A DNA stretch of 64,000 nucleotides, taken from Octopus sinensis (lineage: Eukaryota). The position numbers were made by a program, and so were the translations under genes. Below are positions 1-13,717 of this stretch, one piece after another. The stretch is taken from NCBI RefSeq assembly GCF_006345805.1, contig NC_043005.1, positions 59,396,001 to 59,460,000 of the forward strand. Reading direction: 5' to 3'. The notes below the pieces were generated by a model. That model was not told where the DNA came from. It did no database searches and was given only the letters and a program-made list of their open reading frames with translations. The stretch's first letter is position 1. Each line of letters begins with the position of its first letter.

Positions 1-610
<610 letters not shown>

Positions 611-629
611 ATATACACACATATATATA

Positions 630-862
630 TTTCTTTATTGCCCACAAGGGGCTATACATAGAGAGGACAAACAAGGACAGACAAAGGGATTAAGTCGATT
701 ACATCGACCCCAGTGCGAATCTGGTACTTTTATTTATCGACCCCGAAAGGATGAAAGGCAAAGTCGACCTCGGCGGAATTTGAACTCAGAACGTAACGAC
801 AGACGAAATACCGCTAAGCATTCCGTCCGGCGCGCTAACGTGTCTGCCAGCTCGCAGCCTTA
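630..862 (-). mobile_element. tRNA-derived SINE family A, full length
   Basis: Head with B box GAGTTCAAATTCC, centre GAGGTCGACTTTGCCTTTCATCCTTTCGGGGTCGATAAA, tail ending GCCCCTTGTGGGCAATAAAGAAA. Many copies across the window. The centre resembles the Meta-SINE domain as I recall it (unverified). Confidence 0.9.
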
Positions 863-863
863 T

Positions 864-913
<50 letters not shown>

Positions 914-939
914 ATATATACATATACATATATATATAT

Positions 940-998
<59 letters not shown>

Positions 999-1040
999 TC
1001 TATATCTATATATATATATATATTATATATATATATATAT

Positions 1041-1118
<78 letters not shown>

Positions 1119-1122
1119 CTCT

Positions 1123-1650
1123 AAGCACAAGGCCTGAAATATTTGGGGAGGAGCCAGTTGATTAGATCGACCGCAATATTGACACCGAACGGATGAAAGG
1201 CTAAGTTAACCTCGGCGGAATTTGAATGTAAAGACAGACGAAACCGGTAAACTTTTCGCTCGGCGTGCTAAAGCTGCTTATTTCTTTATTACCCACAAGG
1301 GGCTAAACATATAAGGGAAAAACAAGGACAGACACATGGATTAAGTCGATTACATCGACCCCAGTGCGTAACTGGTACTTAATTTATCAACCCCGAAAGG
1401 ATGAAAGGCAAAGTCGACCTCGGCGGAATTTGAACTCAGAACGTAAAGACAGACGAAATACCTATTTCTATTTCTTTACTACCCACAAGGTGCTAAACAC
1501 AGAGAGGACAAACAAGGACAGACAAACGGATTAAGTCCATTATATCGACCCCAGTGAGTAACTGGTACTTATTTAATCGACCCCAAAAGTATGAAAGGCA
1601 AAGTCGACCTCGGCAGAATTTGAACTCAGAACGTTGCGGCAGGCGAAATG
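1123..1650 (-). mobile_element. Head-to-tail cluster of three family A SINEs (about 1123-1275, 1279-1460, 1464-1650)
   Basis: The core CCCGAAAGGATGAAAGGCAAAGTCGACCTCGGCGGAATTTGAACTCAGAACG occurs three times. The first copy carries the alternative tail. Confidence 0.88.
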
Positions 1651-2515
1651 TGAATAATAGAAAATACGTCTGGTTGATTACAGAACAAGAAAATTCTTAC
1701 TTAAAATATTGCAACTACGAATAAAATTTCAAATAAAATATTTAGATTTAGAAAATATTAGCTTTTATTAAAAACTAAATATGTTATTACAAATTATTAC
1801 TTCTATTTGTTATTACTTATTAATTGTATTAAAATCTAAAAATAACTCAATTGAAATATTTTTTGCTCTTTAGAATATTCCTTTTTTAAGTAGAAATTTG
1901 AAAATAAGTTGTAAAAAATAATAGTAGTACTAATTAGTTAATATAATGATTAGGATAATACAAAAATTAGTTATATATTATAGTAAAATCTACCTATTAC
2001 AACAAATTCACTGTAAAATGTGCTTGAGTCATTGCCAAGTTATTGCCAGGTCTTCACATTTTTAGACTTGCCCTAGTGCCTACTTTTTACATAATGAATT
2101 TACCTACCATACATAGTATTCTACTTTGCATGAAACTTTAGCTATATTGGTATTTTTGGCTTTCATTTTTAAGTATTTTTGTGTCAATATTGTAACAAAA
2201 TGATGGTACCTTTTTTCAATTATAATGTTACTTTGTAAATTAAAATCAAATAATTTTGAATATTCAAACTTTATCCTTAGCTGCAATATTTTAAGTAAAA
2301 ATTTTCTCGTTTTGTAATTTACCAGATGTTATAAATTGTTCTAAACCTTTCCAAGTGTAATAACTTGTCATGTTCTTTGCCAGATTCATAATATCAAAAA
2401 TAGTATTTCTCTTGCTCGCATTTTCCCATGTAATCCATGTTTTTTTTCCAGGTTATGCTATCATGCTAACTAATAATGTGTCAATTAATAATTTAAGATT
2501 TTACCTTATTGAAAA

Positions 2516-2885
2516 TTACCTCAATGAAGCCGGTGACATATATAAAAGTCCCTTATAGAACTATATTCATAAAAAGTATAGAACTATATTATCACACTCA
2601 AATTTGAGAAATAAACACTCATAATTTTTTACTTTTAAAACTTCTGTCTCGTCTCAGATATTACGGAAATGTGTTTACTTGGTATAATTGCATTGATTAA
2701 TACAGTTGACGTAATTAAACTAATTGTAAATTAGCGACGTCGTTGATAATTTTTCCTTACCTCAATGATACCGGGGACATTTATTAAAAGTCTACTTATA
2801 GAACTATATTCATAAAAAGTATAGAACTATATTATCACCCTCAAATTTGAGAAAAACACTCATAACATTTTTCTTTTAAAACTTC
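2516..2885. repeat. About 130-bp direct repeat, two copies (2516-2644 and 2757-2885)
   Basis: TTACCTCAATGA...TATAGAACTATATTCATAAAAAGTATAGAACTATATTATCAC...TTTTAAAACTTC repeated at offset 241. Confidence 0.85.
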
Positions 2886-3384
2886 ATTGCATTAGATTGA
2901 TACCATGAAATCCCTCGAATTGAGTTCTATCATTTAAACTTAATTAAAATATAGTTTGTCAGTAACATAAAAAATGGTATTTATGCTTAAGTCTAAATTT
3001 TTGCCTTATATTGTTTTCATGATATTTTACCTCACAACTTTTTTGATACAAATTTTTGTGGCATGAGAACAAAACTATGAAATTCTTCATGCTTTCTTTT
3101 ATCATTGAAGCTAAGATATATATATTTTGCTTTTAAAATAAAAAAAAAGTTATTTAGATCTAAACTTGTTTGGAGGCATTACTCTATTATAACGTTGCTG
3201 CATATTTTTTTCTACTGGACCACATCTCAATTTTTGTATGCCAAAATGTAGCTAGGGACCGGTCCTTTTAAAAATGTTAATAGTTTTCCATTTGGTGTAG
3301 AACTGAATTAGCGACAAAACTCTGAAGTTGCTGCGTCTGAGTAAATTGCAGCCTTAATATTATTCAGCTCATACCGTAGTTGAA

Positions 3385-3462
<78 letters not shown>

Positions 3463-3466
<4 letters not shown>

Positions 3467-3815
3467 TTCTTCTAATGCTCTTTGAAGACTTCCACATTTA
3501 CACCCCGCGAGTCCCTGAGATTGCTTGGCAGAATGTTGAATAATTGTGGATCCTTGAAACCCAAAGTGTTACCGTACTGGGTCCTTATTAAAGGTGAAGA
3601 AGACAAGAAACTTGGTACTAAACAGTGCCGGCCAGTTTGGAATCTTAAGGTTTCAAAATTGGGTGAAAGACCTTCCTGGATCTCCCATTATGAATATCAC
3701 TGCATATCTTTCTCACAACTTCTCTCTTCGGAGTAGAGGTTCAGTTGCCTTAGCCTTTTCCAATAGCTCATCTATTTAACCGAATCAACATTCTTTGTGT
3801 AATTAAGTTCCGACA
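3463..3815 (-). mobile_element. Degenerate 3' fragment of a CR1-group LINE ORF2
   Basis: Minus translation gives YWKRLRQLNLYSEERS..RYAVIFI, GRHCLVPS and PQLFNILPSNLRD..GVNVEVFK, matching the YWxRLxxLxLYSLxRRRERY region of the LINE copies at 25.1 kb and 30.3 kb. Confidence 0.75.
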
Positions 3816-4254
3816 ATATATATTTATATATATGTACGTAAAAATAGCATACAAAGCTAATGAAATCTTGATTAATTAAATACAGTGTCCGTAGCCCACA
3901 TTTGTGTGCTGTTCTGTATGGACTCATGATTCCTATTAGCAGTTATTGCATGGATGAGCTCAATTTGAGAATTTAGATTTCAGAGTTTGGGCTTTCAACA
4001 CAGATACATCAGAAAAGAATGCAGAGCTTGGATCCACGTTTTGCAGTCTTTGCAAATAATCAAAGAACTGTAAATAATATTATAGCCAGGTCCACTCACG
4101 TGTGACCATAGCTTGGTAACATGTACTACGCTTTGACTCATTGTTTGAGCTGCTTATGTAGTTGCGAGTTGGCATAGATACAGTCTTGGCTCCCGCATCT
4201 TTGGCCCAGGAGTACAGTCAGGATATAATAGGTGCGGGGGATCGGGATGATACT

Positions 4255-4425
4255 TAGTAACAACTAACTGGAGAAACATGAAGTGTTTTGCTCAAAGAGA
4301 GAGCGCGGCGCTTAGTTTAGAAATCGAACCCCAAATCCTACGATCACGAGCTAAGCAACGTAACTTCTAGAACATGCACCTTCACAATGAATAACGTTCC
4401 TGTGTATAACACTCACAGTATATGT
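4255..4425 (-). mobile_element. Degenerate family B SINE
   Basis: GAAGTGTTTTGCTCAA...AATCGAACC...CTACGATCACGAG...CATGCACCTTC is similar to the 236-578 copy. Confidence 0.6.
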
Positions 4426-5147
4426 GCTTCACTTTAAAATGCTTAAATATGATTGCTATATATGTATGTATAATCAATTGTTGTATGTATATAATATTGT
4501 TATATGTCAAAGTAAATTGTTATATGTGTAAATAAATTGTTATATGTACAAGTAAATTGTCTGCATCAATTGTTGAGAAATTGAAATATGATAAAAAAAG
4601 AAATTATTTGTATATCTAATTATTTTAAATTTAACAGTTATCGTCACCAGGTGTTTGTTTTTAATATCTTATGTCGGCTTGTCGGATGAATAAGTGTCAT
4701 ATATTAATTAACTGATATCAGTCTGGCAACATATAAATTGTAATGCGTGGCAAGTTATTGAAGTACCGGTGTGTAACATCTCCAAATATATATATATATA
4801 TATATATGCTATGTGATTGTTTTGATGTGAAACTTGGAACTGTACCGAGTGTTGCTTTAGCTTTTGACTATATTTAATAATTTTCTATTTAATAATAATA
4901 GCACACAAACCGTAATTGTCTCCGACATCTTTTATTTGTTTCAGATTTACGAATTGTATAATGGTGGAGCAGTAACCGTCAACTATACAGTTGAGGTTGC
5001 GCCTCTAAGGCTACTTAAAGCGGTGAGTTGCATCTTTTCTAGCTACGCAATCAGGAGATGCTCTGAAATCCTATTTGTGAAGAAACGAAAGCAATGTCAA
5101 CAATGTGTTCTTGGAATTCCTTACGGAGCATTCCCATTGTTGATACG

Positions 5148-5271
<124 letters not shown>

Positions 5272-5433
5272 CGAGGAAGCCTACTTTTTTCCATCGAGGA
5301 TTTATATGCCCCAATATTGGAGTATTTGCCTTAGTCAATGCACGGTATTTGCTTAAGCTTTAAGCTTATAAAATATTATTACTATTATTTAGAGAATTGT
5401 AAAATCGACAGCGCTTACCAGAATACATACATA

Positions 5434-5503
<70 letters not shown>

Positions 5504-5511
5504 CATACATA

Positions 5512-5657
5512 TATGGAGTCCGTGAGCTGCCAGAAATGTTAAGACATCGGACAAAATGTTTAGCGATATTTCTTGCGGCTATTAGCCTTATGAGTTCACA
5601 TCCTCCCGAGTACAACCTAGCCTATCATCTCTTCGTGGTCTATAAAATAAAGTAACT
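5512..5657 (+). mobile_element. Degenerate family A SINE
   Basis: GTGAGCTGCCAGAA..GTTA..ATCGGACAAAATGTTTAGCGATATTTC...GAGTTCACAT...GGTCTATAAAATAAAGTAAC. Confidence 0.6.
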
Positions 5658-5775
5658 CAAGATTTCTAATTTTCAGCTCGACGTCCTGTTCAAGGGAAAT
5701 GTAGCCTCAGAATCTTAGTTACTTATGTCCCATACCAAACCGGGTAACTGAATTTTTGTGTCCTAGGGCTCAAGA

Positions 5776-5830
<55 letters not shown>

Positions 5831-5906
5831 TGTATGTATATATCCATGTATATATATATATATATGCATATATGTGTGTATATATATGTATATATACGTA
5901 TATATA

Positions 5907-5956
<50 letters not shown>

Positions 5957-6007
5957 CATATACATATATACACTTATATGTATATATGTGTGTGTATGTT
6001 TGTATGT

Positions 6008-6152
6008 GTGTGGTAAGAAATTTGTTTGCATCCCAACCACATTGTTCCAGGTTCAGTCCCACTGCGTAGCACCTTGGCCACTTGTCTTCAAGTATAGTCA
6101 CGAGCCGACCAGAGACATTTGAGTGAATTTGGTAGACGGAAATTGCAGAAGT
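6008..6152 (+). mobile_element. tRNA-derived SINE family C
   Basis: GGTAAGAAATTTG..TCCCAACCACATTGTTCCAGGTTCAGTCCCACTGCGTAGCACCTTGGCCACTTGTCTTC...GGTAGACGGAAA. Related copies at 45320, 56715 and 60795. Confidence 0.8.
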
Positions 6153-6317
6153 AAAAATCGAATTTAGGTAACTGAAATTCACATATACATTTATATCTAC
6201 TCGGCCACAGACTCCAACCACTCAAACACATTTCCACTCCCTAGTCTTTAGCTCTATAAAAACGCTCAATAGGTAATTCTCGTTAGAAAAACGCAGTACA
6301 TGTGAGCCTCTTTAGAA

Positions 6318-6422
6318 ATTTATTTTCCCTGATGAACGAGGTGGTGTCCAATAGTGAATTTAAATATTTTTTTATCCAAGTAGATACCCGAAAGCCCAGA
6401 AACGGCCGTAGGATTACTAAAT
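6318..6422 (+). ncRNA. Possible type I hammerhead ribozyme with an atypical stem II
   Basis: TCC-CTGATGA (6329-6335) ... GAAA-CGGCC-GTA-GGA (6399-6413). Palindromic stem III and a 3-bp stem I are present, but the 63-nt stem II region lacks the basal pair. Confidence 0.3.
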
Positions 6423-6920
6423 GGATTAGTAACACACAAAGTTCTTATCTTATAGAGTCTTAACTCTTTTTATGATTTCGTTTTATAATCTGTAAGTCGA
6501 CCTATATAGGTATATATTTTTCAATATATTTTTAATGTATACATCTATATATTTATATATTTTTACAAGTATATTCTTAATGTATTGATTACTCTCTCTC
6601 TCTCTCTCTCTCTGTTTATATATATATATATTTCTTAATATCTTTGCTGTATTGAATATATTTTGGGAGAAATTCATCTTTGTTGGGTTTAAGGTTGAAT
6701 GAATATAAATCTATATGTGAACTTAATTTGCCTAACTTTGATTCTTACTTGTACATTACTCTAATGCCTCAGGTTTTAATATCTTGAGCACTTGAAAGTG
6801 AAGTCTATGCATTGGAGAAAATCTTTTCTCTTAAAATCACCCCCCCCACATATATATATATATATATAATCATATATATATATATGTGTGTATATATATA
6901 AACATATATATATATATACA

Positions 6921-6987
<67 letters not shown>

Positions 6988-7059
6988 GTGGGTGTGTGTG
7001 TGTGTATGTGTGTATATGTATATGTATGTATATATGATGTATGTGTGTATATTATGACT

Positions 7060-7395
7060 TAGCTTGCACGAAGTGTTTTGCCCATGGCCTTGATACGTCT
7101 TCCGAAATTCATGAGATTGACGCAGTCAGTGTTCTTCTTGAACATTTGCAAGTCGGTGGTTGCAGGGAAAGCGAAAACATATGCAGGGAATAGATTCCAA
7201 ATGTTCAACACCCTAGAGAGGAATGGTTAAAGGAGGGAGTAGTTTGCATCAGGCCTGAAGTGACGGTGTAATGATATGGGTGACAAGAGGAAAAAGAAGA
7301 AATAGAGATGAGTGAGCCAGGAGAGAGCTGTTGTAACGTTTGTACGAAATGAACCACATCTAAAAATGCAGAGACCGCACAGAAGTTGTGGTAGA
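7060..7395 (-). mobile_element. Probable degenerate LINE 3' fragment
   Basis: Minus reading includes IWNLFPAYVF...TDLQMFKKNTDCVNL, resembling WNxLP...FK ORF2 C-termini. Many disablements. Confidence 0.45.
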
Positions 7396-7399
7396 ATTA

Positions 7400-7615
7400 C
7401 CTTCTCATAGTTTCCATAGCGAGTCAATTCCCCGCCTGGACGGGACGCCAGTCCGTTGCAAGATTACTCATTTTAGCTCGCGCTGCGTGTACTGTAACAA
7501 TATGAAATGAAGTATTTTGCTCAACGACACAACACCTCGCCTGGTACAGGAATCGAAACCACAATCTTAAGATCACAAGTCCAACATACTAGTCACTAAG
7601 CCACGTACCGCCACT
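7400..7615 (-). mobile_element. Family B SINE
   Basis: Minus strand GTGGCTTAGTGAC...GGTTTCGATTCCTGTACCAGGCGAGGTGTTGTGTCGTTGAGCAAAATACTTCATTTC, with tail GGACTGGCGTCCCGTCCAGG. Confidence 0.75.
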
Positions 7616-7771
7616 CATAAAAGTATTGAGAAATGAGACAGCTTGTTTGTGAAGAAAGTGGTTCGAATATGTTGGTGAGCAATATCATGTCAATCAACCT
7701 TGTGGCCTTTCTTATGATGCATGTCAGGATGTGTGTGCATGTGAGTGTGGATGCATGTGTGCGTGTGATTG

Positions 7772-7810
<39 letters not shown>

Positions 7811-8404
7811 GTATAGCAGCAGCATCGTCCCATTTTTTTGTGGTGGGTAATATATTCCCATCGTCTTTCTTACCAGAGATTTGTAGAGGTTTAGTAGAAA
7901 ACCAGCCTTTGTGATGCCGTCTTTTTCTCTGATGTTTGGATGATGTGCGATTTGAAGACGTAAAATTAGTAAACAGAATATTTGAAACGGTAGAAAAGCA
8001 AGCAGTAAATATATTTAACGTTCTGAAATTAGAAAGCCACTGATGGCAGAAGGAATTGGAAATGTAGCAACGAGTCAGTCACTCGGCACAACGCGATAAC
8101 ACGTCATATTCAGTTGTTGATGATGATAGTATTGTTGCCGTTGATGGTGGTGGTGATGACAGTGAGTACTATCACGACGACAACGCTGATGATCACCACC
8201 ACAACGACAACCACAAATATCGTCTGTTGTGTTAGTGGTGGTGGTGGTAGTGGTGGTCATCATCGTCATCATAATCATCATCGTCGCCATTAGAATTGTC
8301 AACATTACCTTTTATTCTACCGGACTTTAAGGAACTAAGTATCAGCAATGTACGTGGGTCAACCAGATATGTTAATTTTCTACAATTTCTTGGTCATCTA
8401 ATGC

Positions 8405-8545
8405 ATTGAGCTATCAGAAGCGATAGCGTGTCGGACAAAACGCTTTGCGAATTTTTTTCCTATTAAGTCCGGAGTTTAAGTTCCGCCGAGGTCGACTTCG
8501 CCTTTCATTCTTTCGGTGTCGATAACAGAAGTACCAGTTGATCTC
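8405..8545 (+). mobile_element. Degenerate family A SINE
   Basis: GAGTTTAAGTTCCGCCGAGGTCGACTTCGCCTTTCATTCTTTCGGTGTCGATAAC. Confidence 0.75.
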
Positions 8546-10238
8546 TGGACTTCTGCCAAAATTTGGAGCAATTTCTTGGTCGTCTGCCAAAATATCATCT
8601 GTGTTTTCTAAACTACATTTAAGATCTCAAAGAAAGAGTGAAATCTGTGTAACGGAAAGGGTGATAAAAATAAAGCTAGCTAGCTAGCTAGTTAGGTAGG
8701 TGTGTAGATAGATAAATAGATGGAAAGAAAAGAGAGAAAGAGAGTGATGGAGAAAGACGGGTAAGAAGAGAAAATAGAGAAATGGAAGATTGAGAAGGAG
8801 AAAAGAAAGAATAGGAAGTTAGATTTATATTAGTCAATGACTATGTTTTATTTTATCGTTTTGCAGACAACCTAAAATAAGATATTGATTCTTGTTTGTA
8901 GTCCTAAAGAAAAGCATTCTTTATTTTGCCTCTTCTCAAAATTAATGGAACATTCTACCATTACCAGATGAATTCCTTATTTATTTTGAGTGAAATCTGT
9001 AAAGTTTACAAACGCTGCTGCTAAGTGGATGGTGGGGCAGAGACATACATTTACTGCTTCGAAACATCTTAATTCACTTATCTCTTCCTCAAAATATGAA
9101 ATATTGTGTTTATAAAACATATTTTATCTAATGGTAAGAAATAGGAAAAATGGAAGCGAACGTTGAGTTCAATTCATTACATTTGGAGTTCAAACCTCAA
9201 GAATGAATGCCGGTTTTTAATTCTATGAATAACGACTGTTATCTATTCATTTGTTTCTATATTTCATGTACAAATTTAGGATGTTGTGCCACTTTGAATA
9301 AGTGTTTTTCAAACATGATCAAATTCATGTGCACTGTATCCTTCCATAGCCCCAGAGTTACATTTTACCTCTTCCTCTCAGAGAGGAAAGAGGTTTTGTA
9401 AATGGCTCACGATATTCTTCTAGTGTGCAATGCAGCGCTTCTGAGAAAGACGAAACGAGAGATATCAAGGTCTGCTCCAGTATTTGACTAAACACTTTGC
9501 TTCCAGAAGGATAGATCAAAGTTTTTCCTAAGGGACGTTTAGATTCGCAATACAAAGAGCCAAAACAAATCCTGTTAGGTGTTTATCCAACATTCTACAG
9601 ACTCTGCTCTTAGGCTGTTTTATCATTTTAACATAATGTCGAATTAGTAAAGGCTTGCAATGGATGTTCGTGACCCAGTAAAAATGTGTCACGTGAGAAA
9701 ATGGAAGAGACTTCATATCCTCGCTGGATCTGGTAAAAGTAGCAGCTAGATCTCTCTCAAATCACTAGTTATAGTATTTAAAGTAAGAAATACATGTCGA
9801 ATAATGCAATGTCTGAACAGTGTGGATGATCCACTTAGTGGAGAGGAAGTTTGGTCATTGTTAATATCTATTTGAGATTAGGTTTCAACAAAAAACTTAG
9901 CAACAGCACATACAACAGCAACAACATGTAAAACAGAAATTCCTACTTCATTTCAACTGTTTATTCCACATACTTAAAGAATGTTGTATTTCACATCATC
10001 AGCTAGCTCTGTCGCAGAGATTCTTATATTATGGACATGTGGACGTGTTCTACAGCCACGAAACTTAAATGTGAAACTGAAGTAAACTCCAATTAAATTG
10101 ATGAGTATTACTTCCTCTAGTGTGTTCACACACTTCACATATATGTATGTATGTATTATGTATGCATGTATGTATATATGTATGTATGTAGGTATGTATG
10201 TATGTATCTAGCTAGCTAGCTTTATATATATAGAAATA

Positions 10239-10271
<33 letters not shown>

Positions 10272-11028
10272 TTTTATATACATGTATATGCGCAATACCT
10301 ATATTATAGAAAAGAGAGGGTAAACCAAATGGGCTGAAATCAATTTAAACACAGCACATTCCTAATGGCAGTCAAATAAGAATGTAAGCATATTCTTTCT
10401 CTGAGACTGATATGCGTAAAAGAGTTCGTCAGAAGATTCCTTTTCTCTTTATTCTGCAGATCAGTCCCGTAGAATGTATGTCTTTACGTTTTTTTATAAA
10501 ACTTTGGGTAATTTTATAAATCATCCTTTCTAAGTAAAATTATAGATAATTGATTCGATATTTCACGAACAAATGATAAGAATAGCATGAACTCGTTGAA
10601 ATCTGTAAATGACCTTTGACCCAATGTGCTTTGAAATGATTTAATAGAAAAATCACCAGGAGAACAGTTTTCGTGTGCTCTATATAACTGTTTCTAAAAT
10701 AGCCACAAAACCACAATTGCGTAAGGAGCAGTTAGTTTATTACAGTACCTGACGTGTATTGTGTTTTATCGACCCCAGAAGGGAGAAATACAAAGCTTAC
10801 ATTAGTGGTGTTTGGAATTAGAAGATGAAGGACAATAGCTAAATACGGAAAGCGATTTCGTCCGATGGAGTAGTAATTCTGTCATTTTTACTATATTACT
10901 ATTTGGTGTAGAAAAAGGCGAACTGGCATGAATGTTTGTTCCCCCGTTCCAATGCTTAGGGAATTTCCTCCGTCTTCCTCAGAGTTCAACTTTGGTTTTG
11001 TTCATTCGTGGTCGATAAAATATGTACC

Positions 11029-11736
11029 GGATCTTTTCTTTTTGAACGGCAGTTTTCAACACAATTTCTAGTTAACTAAACACTTTTAAGCTTCGTATAC
11101 TGGTAGAATGTGTCAAAATAAAACATTTTTTTCTCTTGGCTTTCTTGAGAAAATTGTAATTTGTAAGTTTAACGTAGTTTAATTTTTCGAATTTTAACGA
11201 ATCCTATGCCCTCTATTGAGCTAAAATCATTTGCTGCGTTTAAAACTGAGACAACATTCTGTCACTTACCTAACCCTAACCCTAAATTTTAGCCTTTCAT
11301 TTTTTTTTCTTAATTGTTAAATTAATTTAATTGTTACGCGTGTGTCTAAAATTATTCGTTTTGAGTTTTTGCTTTCGTTTTAGCCTTTCGGTTTTTTTTA
11401 TTAATTGTTAAATTTTAATTATTTTCCATTGCTTTCGTTTTTTTTCTTAATTTTTATCCTTAAATTGATTTAACAATTAAGAAGAAAAAAAACGAAAGGC
11501 TAAGATTTAGGGTTGTCTGTTTTAGACGCAGCAAATGATTTTAGCTCAATAGAGGGCATAGGATTGGTTAAAATTCGAAAAATTAAACTACGTTAAACGT
11601 ACAAATTACAATTTTCACAAGAAAGCTAAGAGAAAAAAATGTTTTATTTTGATACATTCTACCAGTATACGAAGTTTAAAAGTGTTTAGTTAACTAGAAA
11701 TTGTGTTGAAAACTGCCGTTGAAAAGGAAAAGATCC
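11029..11736. mobile_element. Non-autonomous foldback DNA transposon (MITE), 708 bp, about 220-300-bp TIRs, 8-bp TSD
   Basis: Ends are GGATCTTTTC...GAAAAGATCC. Perfect TSD TATGTACC at 11021-11028 and 11737-11744. Internal CCTAACCCTAACCCTAA. Inserted into a family A SINE core. Confidence 0.92.
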
Positions 11737-11818
11737 TATGTACCACTTGAATACTACGGTCGCTGTCATTGACTAACCCATCCGCCGAAAATTTGAAATC
11801 GATATTTGGTATATGAAA

Positions 11819-12015
11819 AGGCGGTGAGCTGGCATAATTGTTATCATGCCGGGAAAATGCTTAGCGGTATTTCGTTCGACTTTACGTTCTAAGTTCAAAT
11901 TCCGTCCATGTCTTCTTTCCCTTTCATCATTTCAGTGTCGAAGAAATAATTACCAGTCGATCACTGGGTGTCTCCCCCGCCCTGCGAAATTGCAAACCTT
12001 GTGCCAAAATTTGAC
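11819..12015 (+). mobile_element. Family A SINE, alternative-tail variant
   Basis: GGCGGTGAGCTGGCATAATTGTTA...AAGTTCAAATTCC..., tail CCCCGCCCTGCGAAATTGCAAACCTTGTGCCAAAATTTG. Confidence 0.75.
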
Positions 12016-12348
12016 AATGTTTGATATATATCCGAAGCATTTACACGCATACACATTCTCAATTCGATCGACACCCGTAAATTGACTAATGTCATAATTT
12101 ATCGACACTGGAAAGCTGAATGCAAAGTTGTTCTCAGGAAATCGAACGACACTATTTACTACAGAGCATTTTCCGTTATTTTACTACCTAGGCCTACACA
12201 CCACCATGTAGCACATATTAATTATAGAGAAATAGTTCTTTCAATTATACTTTTTCCTGTCTTTAATTCCTTTTTTCATACATTGTATGCGAATTACTTT
12301 CAATAAATAATATGCCTAACGGAAATTACGTACGTTTTCGATAAAATT

Positions 12349-12379
<31 letters not shown>

Positions 12380-13142
12380 TTGTGTGTATGCATGTATGCA
12401 CACACACACACACACATATATATGTATATATATATATGCTTATATTGTTGGATTTGCTTACTTATTTCCGGTTTACATGTATGATTGAAGACATATCGGA
12501 GTTAGGATTATGTTTTTGTTAAATAAAACTAGCATAGAGTCTTGCCTTTCAGATGGACAAAACACACGCATACACACACACACACATGCACACATACACA
12601 CACGCACACACAGAAGCACACACACATACACCGATACATCATTCACATGCAGAACACACATAGATATAACGGTAAAAGACATAAATACGCTTATGCAGTG
12701 CCTTTAAAAAAATGAAAAGAATATGAGCACGTCGATAAATCATGGAGGATTCCTTATCAAATTGTATTGCAATTATACTGATGTCAGTATTTCGTAAATC
12801 TACCTTTTGTAACAGTAAATCATGTACAATATAGGATATTACTCTCGACAATGTATGCAGCACCATAGATTCGATTTCATGTCAGAATATTCCATATATT
12901 TCCCGTAGATGCTAATTTGAAGATATTTTACGCCTATCTTTTTTTTTCCTGTTTGTTATATTTTGTTGTGCAGTTCACTAGCTGTTATCGGTATCATATT
13001 GCTAAGCAGTGATACAACCCAGAGTAGCCACGATCTCCTTTCCAGAGCAAGTGATGTTATCTTTTCTAGCATATTTAGAATCTGAGAAAATGCCGCTGAG
13101 CTCATAGTCTAGAAATGTCAAGGGTGCTACCTATTCCTCCAC

Positions 13143-13145
<3 letters not shown>

Positions 13146-13189
<44 letters not shown>

Positions 13190-13262
13190 GTAATAATAAT
13201 AATAATAGTAATAATAATAATAATAATAATAGTAATAATAATAATAGTAATAATAATAATAT
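13146..13262. repeat. (AAT)n microsatellite
   Basis: AAT run with AGT variants. Confidence 0.95.
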
Positions 13263-13642
13263 AGCCTGAATAGGATAAGCTACTCCTATTTTGCAGAAAA
13301 AAGTGTTGGCGGCCGGCTATGAGACTCGAACTTATACATCTGTGATTACGCGTCGCGTAAAGGTTCAGAGCACCGCGACGCGTAATCACGAAGGTGTGAG
13401 TTCGATTCTCATAGCCGGCCGCCAACACTTTTTCTGCAAAATAGGGGTAGCTTATCCTGTTCAGGCTATATTATTAGCATTATCCGGCGTTTGAGAATTT
13501 AAAATCACTTCTTTAACTTTCTAAGACATCTCAACGCTTCTAAAGCAAACTTCGTTCATCGTAATTTGAATTTAAAGCATGATAGCGTCTCACAAAACGA
13601 GACTTCCACATATCTTAAATTTACGGCAGAATTTGTGATGTG

Positions 13643-13717
13643 GGCGTTTTAGCTTCATGGTTCAGAACACCTTGACACGTAATCACGGAAGTGTGAGTTC
13701 GAATCTCATAGCCGGCC
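13643..13717 (+). tRNA. tRNA-Thr(CGT)-like pseudogene or tRNA-derived head
   Basis: A box TAGCTTCATGG, B box GAGTTCGAATC, anticodon arm CCTTGA-CACGTAA-TCACGG, T arm GTGAG-TTCGAAT-CTCAT, and a T7 run at 13726-13732. Several stem mismatches. Partial copies at 13361-13420 (+) and about 13310-13357 (-). Confidence 0.6.

Noticed and set aside
9975-10010. Minus-strand CTGATGA-TGT-GAAA hammerhead-like motif
   Set aside because: No stem II, no stem I complementarity, and position 17 would be G.
10460-10475. Strong acceptor followed 16 nt later by GTATGT (micro-exon-like)
   Set aside because: The length is not a multiple of three, there are no partner exons, and such motifs are expected by chance in 64 kb.
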